Program-made: the position numbers and the translations under genes | In this document: one piece after another, positions 1 to 7,286 of the stretch | Numbering within the stretch: position 1 is the first letter of the stretch | How the letters are laid out: each line of letters starts with the position of its first letter | Origin: Arcobacteraceae bacterium | Lineage (GTDB): Bacteria; Campylobacterota; Campylobacteria; Campylobacterales; Arcobacteraceae | DNA length: 34,353 bases | Reading direction: 5' to 3' | Assembly (NCBI GenBank): GCA_048268245.1 | Contig: JBLWVX010000028.1 | Coordinates: forward strand, 1 to 34,353 | The notes under the pieces: model-generated | Databases searched by the model: none | What the model saw: the letters and a program-made list of their open reading frames with translations, nothing else | Told to the model about the DNA's origin: nothing

Positions 1-71
1 ATTTTACTAATATTTTACAACTTTTATATATAAAAACTATCTTTTTATATTAAGTTTTACTTAAATTTCAG

Positions 72-77
72 TATAAT
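72..77 (+). promoter_or_regulatory. -10 box (TATAAT) of the permease-PRTase operon
   Basis: TATAAT about 30 nt upstream of ATG 109 in an AT-rich context. Confidence 0.55.
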
Positions 78-108
78 TTCGCATTAATTTAAAAATAAGG
101 ACTAGCTT

Positions 109-1401
109 ATGAACTTTTTTAAACTAAAAGAGCATAATACAACAGTAGGTACTGAATTTTCTGCTGGTTTTACAACATTTTTAACAATGATGTATATTGT
201 TCCTGTTAATGGTTTTATTTTGGCCGATGCAGGATTACCAATGGATGCAGTAGTTACTGCCACTGCATTAATTACAATTCTAGCTACACTTTTCTCTGGA
301 TTATGGTCTAATACTCCAATTGCAATGAGTGTTGGTATGGGGCTTAATGCATATTTTTCTTATGGATTAGTGTTAGGTATGAAGCTTCCATGGGAGACAG
401 CTTTAGGTATTGTATTTTTATCAGGTTTACTTTTTGTGATTTTATCATTAACAAACTTCAGGGTCTGGATAATGACATCAATACCCATGAGTTTAAGAAG
501 AGCAATTAGTGCTGGTATTGGATCATTTATTGCTTTTATTGGTTTAAAACAAATGGGTATGATTAGTGCAAATGAAGCTACTTTAGTTTCACTAGGAGAT
601 TTTACTAATCCAAATGTACTTTTAGGAGTTTTAGGATTAATTCTTTCTTTTTTATTCTATGCTTATAGATTAAAAGGTGCTTTCATCTTATCAATTTCTA
701 TAACATCAATAGTTGCATGGATTTTTGGTCTAGGTGAGCTTCCTAGCGCTGTTCTTTCTGCACCAGCTTCAATCGAGCCAATCTTTTTTAAACTTGATAT
801 TATGAGTGCATTAAGCTTGTCTTTATTACCTATTATTATTACTTTTTTAATTACTGATATGTTTGATACTTTAGGAACATTAACAGGAGTTGGTACTAGA
901 GCAAAACTTTTTCAAGAGAATAATAAAGATGACAAATCTTTACAAAAAACTTTAGAAGCAGATGCTATTGCTACTACTGCTGGATCTATGATTGGTGTTT
1001 CTACAACTACTGCATTTATTGAAAGTGCTTCAGGCGTTGAAGAGGGTGGACGAACTGGTCTTACTGCTGTATTTACTGCTATGTTCTTTGTAGCAACTTT
1101 ATTTATGTTGCCTTTATTTAAATCAATTCCTTCAAATGCTATTTACCCTGTATTAGTTGTTGTTGGTGTTTTAATGTTTACAGAACTTGGGAAAATAAAT
1201 TTTGAGGATTCTGATTTAGCCACTAGTGCAGGGGCATTTTTAATAGTAATTTTAATGCCTTTAACTTTCTCAATTACAAATGGTATTGCAGCTGGATTTT
1301 TAGTTTATACAATTATCAAAATTGGGAAAAAAGATTTTGAAAGTCTTAATTTAGGTATATTAGTAATTACATTTATTAGTGCATTAGCATTTATTTTATA
1401 A
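109..1401 (+). CDS. NCS2-family (AzgA/PbuG-like) purine nucleobase permease
   Basis: 430 aa, highly hydrophobic; motifs GMGLNAYF, FDTLGTL and TTAFIESASGVEEGGRTGLTA typical of the AzgA subfamily; RBS AAGGA at 97-101. Confidence 0.9.
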   Translation: MNFFKLKEHNTTVGTEFSAGFTTFLTMMYIVPVNGFILADAGLPMDAVVTATALITILATLFSGLWSNTPIAMSVGMGLNAYFSYGLVLGMKLPWETALGIVFLSGLLFVILSLTNFRVWIMTSIPMSLRRAISAGIGSFIAFIGLKQMGMISANEATLVSLGDFTNPNVLLGVLGLILSFLFYAYRLKGAFILSISITSIVAWIFGLGELPSAVLSAPASIEPIFFKLDIMSALSLSLLPIIITFLITDMFDTLGTLTGVGTRAKLFQENNKDDKSLQKTLEADAIATTAGSMIGVSTTTAFIESASGVEEGGRTGLTAVFTAMFFVATLFMLPLFKSIPSNAIYPVLVVVGVLMFTELGKINFEDSDLATSAGAFLIVILMPLTFSITNGIAAGFLVYTIIKIGKKDFESLNLGILVITFISALAFIL

Positions 1402-1410
1402 GGATATTTT

Positions 1411-1857
1411 TTGGAAAAACTTTATTATAGTTATGAGCTGTTCAAAGAGGACACTCAAAAATTAGTAGATAGTTGTAGAGATTATGAGCCAGATATTTTA
1501 CTTGCAGTTGCAAGAGGTGGTTTAACGCTTTCTCATTTAATGGCACAAGCTTTAGATATGAGAAACCTTTACTCTTTAAATTCAATTCATTATGAAGGTG
1601 AATTAAAACTTGATACATTTAATATTTTTAATATTCCTGATGTATCTCATGCAAAAAGAGTATTAGTTGTTGATGATATTGTTGATTCTGGTGAAACAAT
1701 GGAAGAGATTTTAAAAATTTTAAAAGAAAAATTTCCTACAGTTGAATTTAAATTAGCAACTATTTTTTATAAAAAAACTGCAGTTTTACAACCTGATTAT
1801 ACAGTAAGAGAAGCTACACAATGGATTGACTTCTTCTGGGAAGTAGACGTTAAATAA
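1411..1857 (+). CDS. Type I phosphoribosyltransferase, xanthine/guanine PRT-like
   Basis: VARGG motif, PRPP-binding VLVVDDIVDSGET, C-terminal WIDFFWE; TTG start; directly follows a purine permease. Confidence 0.85.
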   Translation: MEKLYYSYELFKEDTQKLVDSCRDYEPDILLAVARGGLTLSHLMAQALDMRNLYSLNSIHYEGELKLDTFNIFNIPDVSHAKRVLVVDDIVDSGETMEEILKILKEKFPTVEFKLATIFYKKTAVLQPDYTVREATQWIDFFWEVDVK

Positions 1858-1862
1858 TTACA

Positions 1863-1893
1863 TTAGGTCAAAATAAATAATATTTTGACCTAA
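1863..1893. terminator. Perfect 13-bp inverted repeat (terminator or operator)
   Basis: TTAGGTCAAAATA-aataa-TATTTTGACCTAA, 5 nt after the PRTase stop; no U-tract follows. Confidence 0.55.
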
Positions 1894-1994
1894 AAACTAT
1901 ATAAAATATTACTTTTATTAATAAATTATAAAAGATTTAGCTTATTTTTACAAACTTGCTTGTATAATCTAAAAAAAACTAATGGACATAAGAA

Positions 1995-2273
1995 ATGACA
2001 TTTATAGAATTTAAAAAACTACTTTTAGATGCTGAACTTACAATACCAAAATTTACTGCGTTAATTAAGGTGAGTGAGAAAAATATTCAAGCTTATAAAA
2101 AGAAAAAAGAAGTACCTAATGCAATTGCTGCTGTTGCTGCTTGTTTCGCTAAAATGAATCAAGAAGGTATAGACTACAAAACATTAATTAATGATTTAGA
2201 ATTAAAGAAAAAAGAGAAAAAAGGCGCAGGCTTTTCTAAGAAAAAAGAAGAAAAAGATAAAGAGCTTCAATAG
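1995..2273 (+). CDS. Small basic protein with probable Cro/XRE-like helix-turn-helix and Lys-rich tail
   Basis: FKKLLLDAELTIPKFTALIKVSEKNIQAYKKKKEVP fits the XRE helix pattern; TATAAT at 1963-1968. Confidence 0.6.
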   Translation: MTFIEFKKLLLDAELTIPKFTALIKVSEKNIQAYKKKKEVPNAIAAVAACFAKMNQEGIDYKTLINDLELKKKEKKGAGFSKKKEEKDKELQ

Positions 2274-2334
2274 TCGCTACATACTATTAACATTTTTTTG
2301 ATATACTTCGCAAAAATCAAAATTGGGAAGTATA

Positions 2335-2721
2335 ATGTCACTTAATCAAAATTCAAAAAAATTTCTTGTTATTGCAAGTTTTTTATTTGCATTGGCTATT
2401 GCTATAGGCGCTTTTGGTGCCCATGGCTTAAAATCAATAGTATCTGAAAAAATGCTAATTATTTATAACACAGGTGTTGAATATCACTTTTACAACACAC
2501 TAGGCTTATTTATTCTTGCTATTATTATGAATTTTAAACCAAACTCAAAAAAATTAGTATTATCTGCTTGGTTGGTATTAATTGGTTTATTAATATTCTC
2601 ATTTTCACTATATGCTTTAGTTTTACTGAATATGCCAATATTAGGGGCAATAACTCCTATTGGTGGTACTTTACTTATTATTGCTTGGTTGCTTACAACT
2701 TATGCTATTTTAAAGGAGTAA
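2335..2721 (+). CDS. DUF423 (YgdD/TMEM256-like) membrane protein
   Basis: GAFGAHGL, IFSFSLY and GAITPIGG motifs; ATG 2335 after GGGAAG preferred over TTG 2323; TGaTATACT at 2299-2307. Confidence 0.88.
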   Translation: MSLNQNSKKFLVIASFLFALAIAIGAFGAHGLKSIVSEKMLIIYNTGVEYHFYNTLGLFILAIIMNFKPNSKKLVLSAWLVLIGLLIFSFSLYALVLLNMPILGAITPIGGTLLIIAWLLTTYAILKE

Positions 2722-2725
2722 TTTA

Positions 2726-3529
2726 ATGACTGCAATGGAAAAAATACAAGAAATAAGAGATGCAAAGTGGTTCTCAAATTTAACTACATTTATTATTTTA
2801 GCTTACGCTTCAATTTTAGGATTTAAAACTTTAGATGAAGTTGAAGGGCACTATGATCTTTTTTTAAGAGTTGCTGATTATTTTGTAACTGTTTATTTTG
2901 TATTTGAATTAGCCATTAAAATGGTTGCAGAAAAGAAGTTTGTAAACTTCTTTAAATCTGGTTGGAATGTATTTGATTTTGTAATTGTTGTAATTACACT
3001 TCTACCTTTAGAGTCATCAAGTTTTGCAGCTATTGCTAGACTTATGAGGGTATTTAGAATTTTAAGACTATTTACAGCACGACCTGAATTAAAAGCAATA
3101 ATTGATATGCTTATAAAAGCTATTCCTTCAATCATTGATATAGTTATTTTAATGTTTATAATTTTCTATATTTATGCAATTATTGGTAGTTTCTACTTTG
3201 TTGATTTACCATCTGGTTTATGGAAAGATTTCTTAGTTTCAATGCTTACACTATTTAGGGTTTTAACTTTTGAAGATTGGACAGATGTAATGTATGAAGC
3301 AATGGAAGTATATCCTTGGGCATGGATATATTTTGTATCATTTGTTATTATTGCAGCATTTGTATTTTTCAATCTTTTTGTTGCAGTTATTATTGGAGAG
3401 ATGCAAAAACTTCAAGAAGCTGAAATGAAAGAAGAGATTCATGAAGATAGTAAAAAACTTGATGTATTACTTGAGGAAGTAAGAAGTTTAAAACAAGAAA
3501 TTAGTGAACTAAAAAAGAAAGATAGATGA
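2726..3529 (+). CDS. Bacterial voltage-gated cation channel (BacNav family, 6TM)
   Basis: WNVFDF in S3, S4 RLMRVFRILR with four Arg, pore filter TFEDWTD, S6 FNLFVAVII, C-terminal coiled coil. Confidence 0.92.
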   Translation: MTAMEKIQEIRDAKWFSNLTTFIILAYASILGFKTLDEVEGHYDLFLRVADYFVTVYFVFELAIKMVAEKKFVNFFKSGWNVFDFVIVVITLLPLESSSFAAIARLMRVFRILRLFTARPELKAIIDMLIKAIPSIIDIVILMFIIFYIYAIIGSFYFVDLPSGLWKDFLVSMLTLFRVLTFEDWTDVMYEAMEVYPWAWIYFVSFVIIAAFVFFNLFVAVIIGEMQKLQEAEMKEEIHEDSKKLDVLLEEVRSLKQEISELKKKDR

Positions 3530-4293
3530 AAACATTTTCAATATTAGGTACTGGATGGTTGGGTTATGCTTTAGCTTGTAGTTTAAAAAATAGTTATGAT
3601 ATAAAAGTCTCTATTAAAGATGACAAAAAACTAGTTTCTTTAAAACATGAGGGATTTACTCCTTATGTTTTAAATGAAAAACAGCTTGATAATTTAGATT
3701 CATTACTTGATTGTGACTTTTTATTTATTAACTATCCTCCCTCAAAATTTGAGAATTATCTTTTATTTTTAGAAAAGATATATACTCATCCAAAAATTTC
3801 AAATGTCAAAAAGATATTTTTTATTAGTTCTACTTCTATTTATCCAACTTTTGAAGAGTGTTTTACTGAAGAGTATAATATAAAAAAAGAAGATTCAAAA
3901 TTGATAGTTTTTGAAGCAGAACAAGTAGCTAAAAAAAGTCATGTAATATTTAGGTGTTCTGGTCTTATGGGAAATGATAGAATTGCTGGAAAATATTTTA
4001 GTGGAAAAGTTTTAAAAAGCTCAAATAAAAAAATAAATCATGTACATAAAGATGATGTAATTAATGCAACTACTTTTGCAATAGAAAATGATATTAAAGG
4101 TATATATAATCTTTGCTCTAAACTTCATCCTTTAAGAGATGATTTATATGAATCAAATGCAAAAAAGTATAATTTTGAGAAACCTATTTTAGAGTATACA
4201 AATAAAAAAGTTTTAAATCGAATAATTGATGGAAGTAAAATTGAGAGTTTAGGATTTAGGTATAAGTACCAAAACCCTATGCAGTATAATTAG
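3526..4293 (+). CDS. Atypical SDR / NAD(P)-dependent epimerase-dehydratase (YeeZ-like)
   Basis: ILGTGWLG Rossmann motif, FISSTSIY, NHVHKDDV; ATGA overlap with the channel gene. Confidence 0.8.
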   Translation: MKTFSILGTGWLGYALACSLKNSYDIKVSIKDDKKLVSLKHEGFTPYVLNEKQLDNLDSLLDCDFLFINYPPSKFENYLLFLEKIYTHPKISNVKKIFFISSTSIYPTFEECFTEEYNIKKEDSKLIVFEAEQVAKKSHVIFRCSGLMGNDRIAGKYFSGKVLKSSNKKINHVHKDDVINATTFAIENDIKGIYNLCSKLHPLRDDLYESNAKKYNFEKPILEYTNKKVLNRIIDGSKIESLGFRYKYQNPMQYN

Positions 4294-4913
4294 CCATTTG
4301 TATTAAAGGCTCTATCTCCTGCATCTCCAAGTCCTGGTCTGATATATTTGTTTTCATCAAGTCTTTCATCAATTTGAGCAATATAAATATCTACATCAGG
4401 GTGTGATTCTTGAACATTTTTAATACCTTCAGGACAACCTAAAATATTTAATGAAATAATTCTTTTTGCACCTTTTGATTTTAAATAATCAATACCATCT
4501 ATTAATGAACCACCTGTTGCAATCATTGGATCTAATAGTAACACTGTTTTATCTTCAATTGCAGGAATATTTTCATAAAATAGTTTACTTAAAGCAGTTT
4601 CTTCATCTCTTTTCATAGCTAAAAAACCACTTCTTGCATATGGAAGTGTTCTTAAAATACCAGTAAGCATTGGCTCACCAGCTCTTAAAATTGGAACAAG
4701 TACAAGTTTTTGAACTTCAATCATTTCAACATCTAAAGCGCCTTGCCAAGTATTAATATTTTGAGTTACAGTTTCAAAATCACTTAATGCTTCAGATACA
4801 ATAATTCTTGAAATTTCTTCAATAGTTAATCTAAATTCATTTGAAGCAGTTCTTGTATCTCTTAATCTATTTACTAAATGTTTAACAACAACATTAGAAC
4901 TCTCTTTATACAT
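4290..4913 (-). CDS. upp: Uracil phosphoribosyltransferase
   Basis: VPILRAG, LLDPMIATGGS, YIRPGLGDAGDR. Confidence 0.97.
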   Translation of the reverse strand: MYKESSNVVVKHLVNRLRDTRTASNEFRLTIEEISRIIVSEALSDFETVTQNINTWQGALDVEMIEVQKLVLVPILRAGEPMLTGILRTLPYARSGFLAMKRDEETALSKLFYENIPAIEDKTVLLLDPMIATGGSLIDGIDYLKSKGAKRIISLNILGCPEGIKNVQESHPDVDIYIAQIDERLDENKYIRPGLGDAGDRAFNTNG

Positions 4914-5045
4914 ATAAAATCCCCATTATTTTATTTTAAAGTTTATATAATACTGAAAAATTGCTTATAAATTGCATATAAATTTAATTTTTATTAACTA
5001 TTAATTTGTTATCATTTCAGGTTAAATTTTTCACAAAGAGGTTTT

Positions 5046-6302
5046 ATGAACGCCACTGATTATAATTTTAGAGTCAAGGATTCGATTTTAGGTTTACAAT
5101 TTTTATTTGTAGCCTTTGGTGCACTTGTACTTGTTCCTATTTTAACAGGACTTGATCCAAGTGTTGCACTTTTTACAGCTGGAATTGGTACTTTAGTATT
5201 TCAATTTGTTAATAGAGGTGCAATTCCACCTATATTTTTAGCATCATCTTTTGCCTTTATTGCTCCTATTTCACATGGAGTTAAAACTTGGGGTATTGCT
5301 GCAACTATGTCAGGACTAGTAGCTGCTGGTTTATTATATGTGTTTTTGAGTTTTTTAATTAGACTTAAAGGAGATAACTTTTTACATAAACTATTACCTT
5401 CAGTGGTTGTAGGTCCTGTAATTATGTCTATTGGACTTATTTTATCTCCTGTTGCAGTAAATTTGGCTATGGGAAAAACTGGTGATGGAGAAGTAGTACT
5501 TGTAGATTTTGATATAGCAATCATTATATCAATGGTATCTTTATTAGTAACTGTATTTGTATCTTTAAAAGCAAAAGGTATATTCAAACTTATTCCTATT
5601 TTGTGTGGTATAGTTGTTGGGTATGTTTTATCACTTTATTATGGAATAGTTGATTTTACTGCTTTTAAAAATGCAGCTTGGTTTGCAGTACCAAATTTTA
5701 CTGCACCTGAATTTAATTGGCAAGCTATTTTATTTATTTTACCAATTGCAATTGCTCCTGCTATTGAGCATATTGGAGATATATTAGCAATTTCAAATGT
5801 AACTAAACAAGATTACTTAAAAAAGCCAGGTTTAAAAAACACACTTTTAGGTGATGGTTTAGCTACATCTGTTGCTTCACTATTTGGTGGTCCACCAAAT
5901 ACAACATATTCAGAAGTTACGGGTGCTGTAACTGTAACAAAAGCATATAATCCTGCTATTATGACATGGGCTGCTATTTGTGCTATTGCACTTGCATTTG
6001 TTGGTAAATTAGGTGGATTACTTGCAACAATTCCTACTGTTGTTATGGGTGGAATTATGCTTTTACTTTTTGGTATTATTGCAACTTTAGGTATTTCTAC
6101 TTTAGTTAAAGCTAAAACTGATTTTACTTGTCCTAGAAATATGGTTATTGTTTCAATGATTTTAGTATTTTCTATTGGTGGAATGACATTTAACTTTGGT
6201 GGGGTTCCATTCTCTGGAATTGGTCTTGGAGCTATTGTTGGTATTATCTTAAATCTTATATTACCACAACCAGCAAAAGATAAAAGTGATGAATTAATCT
6301 AA
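5046..6302 (+). CDS. uraA: Uracil permease (NCS2, UraA/PyrP)
   Basis: LASSFAFI, EHIGD, GGPPNTTYSE; divergent from upp. Confidence 0.92.
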   Translation: MNATDYNFRVKDSILGLQFLFVAFGALVLVPILTGLDPSVALFTAGIGTLVFQFVNRGAIPPIFLASSFAFIAPISHGVKTWGIAATMSGLVAAGLLYVFLSFLIRLKGDNFLHKLLPSVVVGPVIMSIGLILSPVAVNLAMGKTGDGEVVLVDFDIAIIISMVSLLVTVFVSLKAKGIFKLIPILCGIVVGYVLSLYYGIVDFTAFKNAAWFAVPNFTAPEFNWQAILFILPIAIAPAIEHIGDILAISNVTKQDYLKKPGLKNTLLGDGLATSVASLFGGPPNTTYSEVTGAVTVTKAYNPAIMTWAAICAIALAFVGKLGGLLATIPTVVMGGIMLLLFGIIATLGISTLVKAKTDFTCPRNMVIVSMILVFSIGGMTFNFGGVPFSGIGLGAIVGIILNLILPQPAKDKSDELI

Positions 6303-6314
6303 TAAATCATTATA

Positions 6315-6346
6315 AAATATATGGCTATTTAGTTAGCCATATATTT
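6315..6346 (+). terminator. Rho-independent terminator of uraA
   Basis: AAATATATGGCTA-tttagt-TAGCCATATATTT, a 13-bp stem 12 nt after the stop. Confidence 0.75.
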
Positions 6347-6385
6347 AAAACTACTTAAATTATAAACAAATCCTTTCTTTTTCTT

Positions 6386-6394
6386 TGATATAAT
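6386..6394 (+). promoter_or_regulatory. Extended -10 promoter of yajQ
   Basis: TGaTATAAT followed by AAAGGA RBS. Confidence 0.7.
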
Positions 6395-6426
6395 CTTCTT
6401 CTAATTTAAAATCAAAGGAAACATTT

Positions 6427-6930
6427 ATGGCAAAAGCTAAAGAACATCAATTTGATATTTCTGCAAAACTTGATATGCAAGAGATGAAAAATGCAGTAAT
6501 TCAAGCTCAAAAAGAGATAGATAATAGATACGATTTTAAAGGTATCACAAAAGAGATTGATTTTAATCAAGGAGCTAAGACTTTAACTTTAATAAGTGCT
6601 AGTGATAATAAAATTGATGCGATGAAAGATATTTTAATTTCTAAGATGAACAAAAGAGGTTTATCAATTAATTCCCTTGAAGAGTTAAAAGCAGAAGATT
6701 CAAGTGGTGCAAATAGAAAGTTCATATATAAAATTATTGATACTATAGAAAAAGATGAAGCAAAAACAATTCAAACTGAAATTAAAAAACTAAAATTAAA
6801 AGTAACTGCTGTAAATCAAGGTGATGAGATAAGAGTTACAGGAAAAAATATCGATGACTTACAAGCTGTAATGAAACATTTAAAAGGTTTAGAGTTAAAA
6901 GCACCTCTTGTTTTTGATAATTTTAGATAA
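6427..6930 (+). CDS. yajQ: YajQ family nucleotide (c-di-GMP)-binding protein
   Basis: FDIS, NRYDFKG, QGDEIRVTGK.IDDLQ, C-terminal FDNFR. Confidence 0.95.
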   Translation: MAKAKEHQFDISAKLDMQEMKNAVIQAQKEIDNRYDFKGITKEIDFNQGAKTLTLISASDNKIDAMKDILISKMNKRGLSINSLEELKAEDSSGANRKFIYKIIDTIEKDEAKTIQTEIKKLKLKVTAVNQGDEIRVTGKNIDDLQAVMKHLKGLELKAPLVFDNFR

Positions 6931-6933
6931 AAA

Positions 6934-6982
6934 TGAAATTTAATTGTAATTAATCTGAAATTAATTGTAATTTATGTATAAT
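6934..6982 (+). promoter_or_regulatory. Four phased TGWAAT direct repeats plus a TATAAT -10 box
   Basis: TGAAAT 6934, TGTAAT 6945, TGAAAT 6956, TGTAAT 6966 (spacing 11, 11, 10), then TATAAT 6977-6982. Confidence 0.65.
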
Positions 6983-6988
6983 TACCAA

Positions 6989-7280
6989 GTTCAGAAAGGA
7001 TAGTGTGATAGAAGACTCCTGAAGAAATAGTTTTGAAAATAAGTCTTAACCCTTAGTTTTCTGTTAATAAACTTAATATTTTAATCCACTTCTATCTATC
7101 TTTTTTGTTATTGTAATGAAGTGGACTATGTAAACATAGTTGTAGTTTTTATACTTTTACTGCAACGCCAATAATAGGTTATTATATAATACTTTATATG
7201 AATTCTTCTTTCTTTTGTAGTGACCTAATACTCTTTAATATACCGAACTACATAGTCTTTACTTCATTTATTACAAGGAA
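6989..7280 (+). ncRNA. Candidate structured non-coding RNA or long 5' leader, family unknown
   Basis: No long ORF; stems 6992-7014/7089-7107, 7035-7043/7052-7061, 7111-7132/7249-7276, 7139-7146/7159-7166 and 7175-7186/7216-7227; non-Watson-Crick positions are G-U on the + strand. Confidence 0.55.
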
Positions 7281-7286
7281 TCTAGC

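Noticed and set aside
1..108. Purine riboswitch upstream of the purine permease
   Set aside because: The -10 box leaves only about 25 nt of leader and no aptamer core is present.
2893..3135. 80-aa antisense ORF inside the channel gene
   Set aside because: Shadow ORF of a hydrophobic gene with no recognisable motif.
5201..5587. 128-aa antisense ORF inside uraA
   Set aside because: Codon-mirror shadow ORF fully within a well-supported gene.
6934..6973. Repeat unit considered as a mini-CRISPR or VNTR
   Set aside because: Only two units of about 18 nt with a 4-nt spacer and no cas genes; it fits a regulator-binding array better.
7111..7276. MITE or IS remnant reading of the terminal inverted repeat
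   Set aside because: The arms are bulged with G-U-type mismatches, and I see no target-site duplication, second copy or transposase in the window. A genome-wide BLAST would settle it.
7111..7276. 6S RNA, SRP RNA, tmRNA or RNase P assignment
   Set aside because: No SRP, tmRNA or RNase P signature is visible. The size and a possible rod-with-bubble fold loosely recall 6S RNA, but I cannot match conserved 6S sequence, so it is not called; cmscan is needed.
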